DNA of 64,000 nucleotides from the human T2T-CHM13v2.0 reference genome, Homo sapiens, in the NCBI RefSeq assembly GCF_009914755.1, contig NC_060928.1; one strand, given 5' to 3'. The notes beneath the pieces are model-generated. The model searched no databases, was not told where the DNA came from, and worked only from the letters and a program-made list of their open reading frames with translations. Shown here one piece after another: positions 57,047 through 64,000 of the stretch; position 1 is the stretch's first letter; every line of letters begins with the position of its first letter. Made by a program: the position numbers and the translations under genes.

Positions 57047-57921
57047 TATAAGATGTATTTGATATAGGTTTTTTCTACTCTATTGAAAAAGCTATATGAC
57101 TTAGAAACTTATACACTGTAATTTGGTTGTTGAAATATGTAACACTTTATTATAGGGCTTTCATATTTGAAAAATAGTTTATTAGCACTTATGAAAATGA
57201 AGCATGACTGTTGTCATTTACCTATGATACTGTCACAAAGGTTCCCTGTCTGAGACTTTTAATATATTTATAATGTGGACATTTTACAAATTAACAAACT
57301 TCTTAATGAATGCTCTTATTGGACTAAGAATACCCTTTTAAATTTTTATATGTTTACATTTTATTACAATTAATAACAAAACATTATGTTGGTTGAGCTC
57401 TTTTTATATGAATATAAAACAGAAACTAATAATTAACAGGAGAATGTATACAGCATGGGGTAATTCACTTAGCCTAAATGTGAATGTTTCTACATAGCTA
57501 CTGGCAGTTTACATTTCTGAAAAGAAATATTGGCATTACAGAGTTGCAAACGTACTTTTGATATCTATTGTGTTAATGTTTAAAAATAAAAATTTGAGAT
57601 AATATAAAACATTGTGTTCCTCTATTATTGACAAACCCAGAAATGAGAACGTTTTAAATTTAATCGAAGGCACTTAATTTTTCAAACCACAAAACATTCC
57701 AATGCTTTGAAGAACTCATTTACAAATAAACGTCAGTACATATACATGAAACCTGTTCCTGTCAACAATACTGCATTAGAAGGTATTGATTATAAAGGGT
57801 AAGCCCCGAGGTAGAAACAACCTTCCCACTGTTTCTCATTCCCGACTCTTCTATTTCCAGTCCAGTCTCAGAGAGAACTGATGGACTGACCACCTTTGTA
57901 TATCATCTTCAAGCCGTTTAT

Positions 57922-58955
57922 CTTCATTCAACAAGTAATTTTGGAGCACTATTTTGTGCCAGTTACCCTCATAAGCACAAAAGAGAAAAATGTCCCTCTC
58001 TGCTTTTGAGGGATTTAACTTCTAATGTGGGAGAAAGAAGGAAATCTAACAGTGAGTAAATACTGCAGTATTTTGAAAGATGGAAATGTTATGAACAAAG
58101 ACAAATTTGGAGTAGGGCATAGGAGATTCTGAGGGGTGGTGTTAGAATTTTAAATAGGGGGATTTCAGCAGGTGATATTTGATTAGAGACTGGAAAGAGA
58201 TGAAGGTATCAGCCATTCAACTATTTGGGAAGAGCATCTCAGGCAGAGAGAAGAGCTTGTGCAAAAAACTTTAAGTTGGTAAGGGGCCTGCAGTGTCTAA
58301 GAAATATCAAGGGGGCCATCATGGCTAGAGAAGAGTGAGCAAGAGGAAAATGTTGGGAGACGCAATCAGAGAGGTCACAGGGAGCCAAATCATGTAGCGT
58401 TGCATGGGCCATGGCGAAGGCTTCGAATTTTGCTTTAGTGAGCTTGGGAGCCATGATGGAATTCTGAGCAGAGGTTTGTCTTAAAGGGATAACACTGTCT
58501 GCTACAAGACTACAGGGACCCAAGAGCAGAGGTAAGAAGATCATCAACCCAGGTCAGCAGGCTTGGATCAGGATGGCGGCAATGGAGGGAGTAAGACGTG
58601 GCTGGCTTCTGCAGATACTATAAAGGTGGAGCAAACAGGATGCCCTCACGACCTCAATGTTAGTATGAGAAAGGAAAGGTCAAAGGGAACTGCAATCTTT
58701 GGGTCTCAGAGGTTGGAAGGGTGGAGTTACTATCAACTCAGATGGGAAAGTCTGACAGGGGTTGGGGTGGGAATAGGTTTTAAGATTGAAGTCAAACATT
58801 CAGTGAAGATTGAGATGTGGGTAATAATCCAACTAGGCCTGTCGGGTGGTAGGCAGCTCGACACAGCAGTCTAGAGTTAGGGAGAAAGGACAGAGCTAGA
58901 GATACACATTAGGGAGTTATCTGCATATAGATGATGATCTGAAGCTATGGGAGTG
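57922..58955 (-). mobile_element. L2a
   Basis: ttcattcaacaag terminus; gggagccatgatggaattctgagcag; gggagttatctgcatatagatg. Confidence 0.82.
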
Positions 58956-59142
58956 GCATTGGTTCAAGAAATACTAGATTTTATAGCAAAACAAAACTAA
59001 ATTAACAAGCAAACAAACCCTAAAAACATGGCTAAAGCATGATAAACTTTTCTTATTTACATAAATACAAAAATAAATGTTTTCATAAGCAGTCAACTCC
59101 TCTTCAAGTTTTTCAGTGAAGCCTACTCTAGTTATTTTATTC

Positions 59143-59359
59143 CAGGGGTCAGCACACGATGGCCCAAGGACCAAACCTGGCCCACCACCTGCTTTAGTAA
59201 ATAAACATATTGCCACACAGCCACACCACTCATTTCGTCTGTGGCTACTTTCACACCACATGGCAAAGCTGTGCAGGGGCTATCAAGTCCATACAGCCTA
59301 CATAGCCTAAAATAAAAATATTGACTCCCAGCTAATCACAGAAAAGCTTTCCAACCCCG
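59143..59359. mobile_element. MER58A-like hAT DNA transposon
   Basis: caggggtcagca...ttccaaccccg terminal inverted repeat (TIR) remnants; cacagccacacc internal motif. Confidence 0.78.
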
Positions 59360-60860
59360 CTCTGTAACACTGCAACCGACTCACGTTTGTTCTATTTTCA
59401 TTTCACCACAGCATGATCACCTTCTGAAGTATGATTACATTTAAAAATTTTAAAGGCAACTGATTCTACATCAAAAGCTTGTTAAAATAACTCCTCTTCT
59501 AGTCTTTTGCTCTTACCCGTGGGTTTTTATTCAAATTTAAGCCCAGACTTATGCTGTGTAGGAGAAGTGAAAGGCAAAATTAATGGAGGGTTAAACAGGC
59601 TACTGTTAATATCCCTTCATCCTCTCTGTCCATTTCACAAGTCTTTGTTACTCCATTAAATTAAAAAAAAAAAAGGTCACAGCCAAATTTTTAAGATGAC
59701 ATGTTTTGATCCAGAAACATATGTCACATCAGGATTTTTTCTACTGAACATATTTATTTTATACATATGTGAGTAGTTTATAATTCAAAAGACTCAGGTA
59801 GTATTGAACAATCCTGAAAAAATTCCATTAGTTTTCGGCTACTGAATATTTAGGTTTTAACACCTATATAATTAGAGGTTTTAAATTCAACAGTCTCTAG
59901 CAATATTAGAAATATCTAGTAGACAAATGTGGTTAGCAGTATTATACCCCTTAAGATTTGTAATTTAATAGTGAGAGAATAATTTTATCTTCAGAAAAAA
60001 AAAACAGATGCAAAAGAGCTGGCTACAGTGTAATTTCCCCTCAAAAGTCAAATGTGTTATGAAGTAATTTTTACAATACTTACACTGAGTTCTCTAAGGT
60101 TTCTGAGAGCGGGTGGTGCACGCTTCTCCATGAAGGAAAAGGGCCGTGCTCTATGCCACCGTTTGTTTTATCTGCGAATGTTCTGCAGGGTCTTCTGATT
60201 CTACCATAAACAGGGATCTGAGGATCTGAATATTCTACACCCTGGGAGTCCGTGGAGGCCCCTGGAGAAAGATCCTCCGTCTTGCGAAGAGAGTGGAAAC
60301 CACGGCAGAAGCTCTTTCTTGTTCTTAGTGAACAACGACCTGGTGACCTCCAGGAAATCAGTAAACACATCCAGAGGAAGGAGACCCCTGCCTTTCACAG
60401 GTGATATCTGGCAGAAGTGTAAGTGGTCATTTCAAGTGATAAGGAAGGAAGACGAGGCTGTGGCTGTTACTAGAACTGTCCATCACTAGCCTGTCGAAAC
60501 AGTTTTTTCTAAGTCTCCTCATTATACATTATTAAATTACACCCAAAAAACACTGTTGAAAGTCATCATATGGGAAAATATATTAGATGATTAAAGAGGA
60601 GAAAACAGCACAGAGCTCTCCAAAGGGACAGGAATACAGCCTCGCCCATAATTGAGATCAACCCTACAAGCAGCCACATAGAAAGAGACCCACAGAATTC
60701 CACAGACCCCTAAGAATATCCAGACCTCACAGAGCCACAGGGTAGAAAGGCCCCTCCTGGGGAGTTAAAAATCCCCGAGGCGCAGATCTAAAGGTCATTC
60801 GTTGAGGCACTGAAGGACAGCAGAGCATGGGAGGGCTGCGAGCGTCCCCTGCCAGGTGCA

Positions 60861-61573
60861 GGCAAGGCTACAGGGAGGGGAGGCGCACCCACCACGTGAG
60901 GCAAGGCTGCAGGGAGGGGAGGCGCACCCACCACGTGAGGCAAGGCTGCAGGGATGGGGAGGCGCACCCACCAGGTGAGGCAAGGCTGCAGGGAGGGGAG
61001 GCGCACCCACCACGTGAGGCAAGGCTGCAGGGATGGGGAGGTGCACCCACCAGGTGAGGCAAGGCTGCAGGGAGGGGAGGCGCACCCACCACGTGAGGCA
61101 AGGCTGCAGGGATGGGGAGGTGCACCCACCAGGTGAGGCAAGGCTGCAGGGAGGGGAGGCGCACCCACCAGGTGAGGCAAGGCTGCAGGGAGGGGAGGCG
61201 CACCCACCAGGTGAGGCAAGGCTGCAGGGAGGGGAGGCGCACCCACCACGTGAGGCAAAGCTGCAGGGAGGGGAGGCGCACCCACCACGTGAGGCAAGGC
61301 TGCAGGGATGGGGAGGTGCACCCACCAGGTGAGGCAAGGCTGCAGGGAGGGGAGGCGCACCCACCAGGTGAGGCAAGGCTGCAGGGACGGGGAGGTGCAC
61401 CCACCAGGTGAGGCAAGGCTGCAGGGAGGGGAGGCGCACCCACCAGGTGAGGCAAGGCTGCAGGGACGGGGAGGTGCACCCACCACGTGAGGCAAGGCTG
61501 CAGGGAGGGGAGGCGCACCCACCACGTGAGGCAAGGCTGCAGGGAGGGGAGGCGCACCCACCAGGTGAGGCAA
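60861..61573. repeat. GC-rich 39/40-bp minisatellite, 18 copies
   Basis: unit ggcaaggctgcaggga(t/c/-)ggggagg(c/t)gcacccacca(c/g)gtga. Confidence 0.98.
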
Positions 61574-61599
61574 CGTTGCCGGCTGGGGGAGGGCACACT

Positions 61600-61800
61600 A
61601 GAAAACACTCTGACAGCTTCTGACAAACTTAAACATGCATTTGTCGTGTGTGCCAGGCAGTCCTTTCTTAGATACCTAGCCATGAGACGTTAGCATTTAT
61701 GTACATTCGAACATTCGTGTGTGACTGTGTATAGCAACTTTATTCATAATTGTTGAAAACTGGAAACACTGTTTTTTTTAACTGCTAAAAGGAGAAACAT
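61600..61800 (+). mobile_element. old L1M fragment
   Basis: atagcaactttattcataattg...aaaactggaaac. Confidence 0.55.
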
Positions 61801-61819
61801 ACTTTACTGTGAACCCTTC

Positions 61820-63390
61820 GCAGATGCACTTTGAGAGGTTGAAGTTTCCTTATATTCTTAGCTTGTTGATAGTTTTTGTAATGAATGGGGGTTAAATTTT
61901 GATAATTTTTGGCATCTATTGAGATGATCGTGTGTGTTACTTCTTTAGCGTATTCATATAGCAAACTACATTGTTTTAGTTTTAACTGTTAAATGAACCT
62001 TGCTTGGCCAGGATAAGACACACTTTGTGATGATCTATTATCCATATTATGTATCACTCTTTTCTACTTACAAAAATTGTCTTGAGAGGTGTCGTGCCCA
62101 TGTTCAAGACGGATAATATAAGGTCTTATAGTTGGCTTTTCCTTAAATGTCCTTCTCTGGTTTTAGTAGCAGGATAATTATGATCTCACAAAGTGAGTTG
62201 GGAAGTATCCCCCTCTACTTCTACTATCAGAAAGAGTTTGTGTAGAATTTATAATATTTTTTCCTTAAGTATTTTTTTCTTTTTTAGAATTCAACAATTT
62301 AGTCGCTTGTGGATAGAGTTTTCTTTTTTGGAAGTTATTTAACTACAGATCAATTTCTTTAATATACATAGACTATTTGAGTTATGTATTCCTTCCTCAT
62401 GAGCTTTAGTACTTTGTAGCTTTCAAGGAATTTGTCCATTTCATCTAAGTTATAAAACATAAGGCATAAAATAGTTCCTAATATTTATTTTTCATTCTTT
62501 AAGTGACCTCAAGGTGTGTAGAATTGTCCCATATTTTATTCCTGATATTGATAGTTTCTATCTTTTCTCTTTTTGTTTCTTGGTTGATCTGACTCATTGA
62601 TTAATTATATTGATCTTTTCAAACAAAGCATTTTGGGTTTCACTGATATTTTTCTATATTTTTTCAATTTCATTAATTTCTTCTCTCATATTTACTATTT
62701 CTTTTTTTCTATTTGTTTTGGGTTCAATTTACTTCCTCTTACCAGTTTTAAGGTGGAATCTAATCAATAATATCTGAATTTCCTTATAGAAGTTTTGACA
62801 CTACAAATTTCCCTCTAAGCACTGTTTTATCAGCACCTCATACATTGTGAAACATTTTGTTTTATTTTTATTCAACACATAATATTTCCTCATGTCTTTT
62901 TGACTTCCTCTTTCACCCACGTGTTATTCATAAAAGAGTGGCTTAATTTTTAAATATTTTCAGATATTCCACCTGTATGTCAACCACTGACTTCTAGCTT
63001 AATTCTATTATGTCCAGAGAACATAGTTTATTTTAATTTTAGAAAAAATTATTATGGTTTGTTTTATGCCAGAATATGGTCTACCTTGGTGAATAATCCA
63101 TACACACTTTAAAAGAATGTATATTATTCTGCTCTTGTGTTGAGTGTTCTATAAACGCATTTTCTATAAATGCTCAATCTGTGGGTAGTTTTTTTCAGAT
63201 TGTCAATACCCTAACTAACTTTCTACTTGTTCTGTCAATTGATACAGAAAACTTGAAGTTCTCTACTACAATTATGAATGTGACTATTTTGTTTTATTTC
63301 TAATAGGCTTTGCTTTATATATTTTGAAGGTCTTTTATCAGGTGCACACACATTTAGGATTATTATGCCTTCCTAGTGGCTTTTCCCTTT
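61820..63390 (-). mobile_element. old L1M ORF2-region fragment
   Basis: gcatctattgagatgatc; aaggaatttgtccatttcatctaag; aaatttccctctaagcactg; agaatatggtcta. Confidence 0.8.
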
Positions 63391-64000
63391 TACATGCCCT
63401 GCTTGCTTCATGGGACTATGTGATTAATCAAACTGCCTGAAGCTTTGCATTTAAATGATCTAGTTTCTTGTCAAGTATATTATTATTTGATTAGAAATAA
63501 ATCCAAATACCTTTTTTAAAATGCAAGAATATTTAAAAATTAGTAATCAGAACCTTGGATAATTTTATATCACCAGAGTTTGGGGAAATATTCTGAAATA
63601 AAAATTTTAAAAGTTAGCATCATCAAAATTAAAGGTAAGAGTGTAGAAAAAATATTCAAACATCGCAATGATTATGATTATGTACAGCTCTTTCTTGCCA
63701 ATTTTCTGTCCTTTACATTAAATCCTTCATCACTTAAATTCACATAAATGCATAAAATTGATAAAACTTGTTTCTTCCTATCTTGCTATGTTTTTTACTT
63801 TACTATTACAGACGTTTAAAAACTAAAATGGTCTACAGTTTCCATCACGCTACACTAAGAAGACTATCCCACAAGGAAAAAAAATTATGTACTCGACACA
63901 ATTTTAGATGAAAAATGACCAAATCATCAAGAAAAGCTTGAAAATATAATTTACATACTATAAAATTCAACTTCTTAACGTGAAAAATTCAGTGCTTTTT

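Noticed and set aside
60788-61693. Overlapping 260-270 aa ORFs
   Set aside because: Products of a stop-poor GC-rich 39/40-bp VNTR, open in many frames with periodic peptides

Overview
AT-rich primate (very likely human) non-coding genomic DNA. I find no recognisable protein-coding gene, tRNA/rRNA gene or CRISPR array. Much of the window is interspersed repeat: about 12 Alus, a near-full-length decayed L1PB (28.15-35.1 kb), other L1/L2/MIR fragments, hAT DNA transposon relics and about 9 LTR elements (MER51, MER39-like, a 5' MER57 provirus with PBS, MSTA, MSTB, THE1, LTR33-like, LTR16/ERVL, LTR10C). It is rich in minisatellites (63-bp, 68/56-bp, 30-bp/TA, ~75-bp, 39/40-bp), which suggests a distal chromosome region. 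The longest ORFs in the track come from VNTRs, Alus or L1. The most interesting signals are: a chain of well-formed minus-strand exon candidates (possible spliced lncRNA, with a frame open across several of them); a VNTR that multiplies a putative splice donor in an ERV leader; two templated insertions inside a (TA)n tract; a GC-rich VNTR whose units toggle CACGTG/CAGGTG; a p53 element in LTR10C; and a convergent CTCF motif pair. Repeat family names are from recall of consensus sequences and were not run through RepeatMasker. Boundaries of old elements are approximate.
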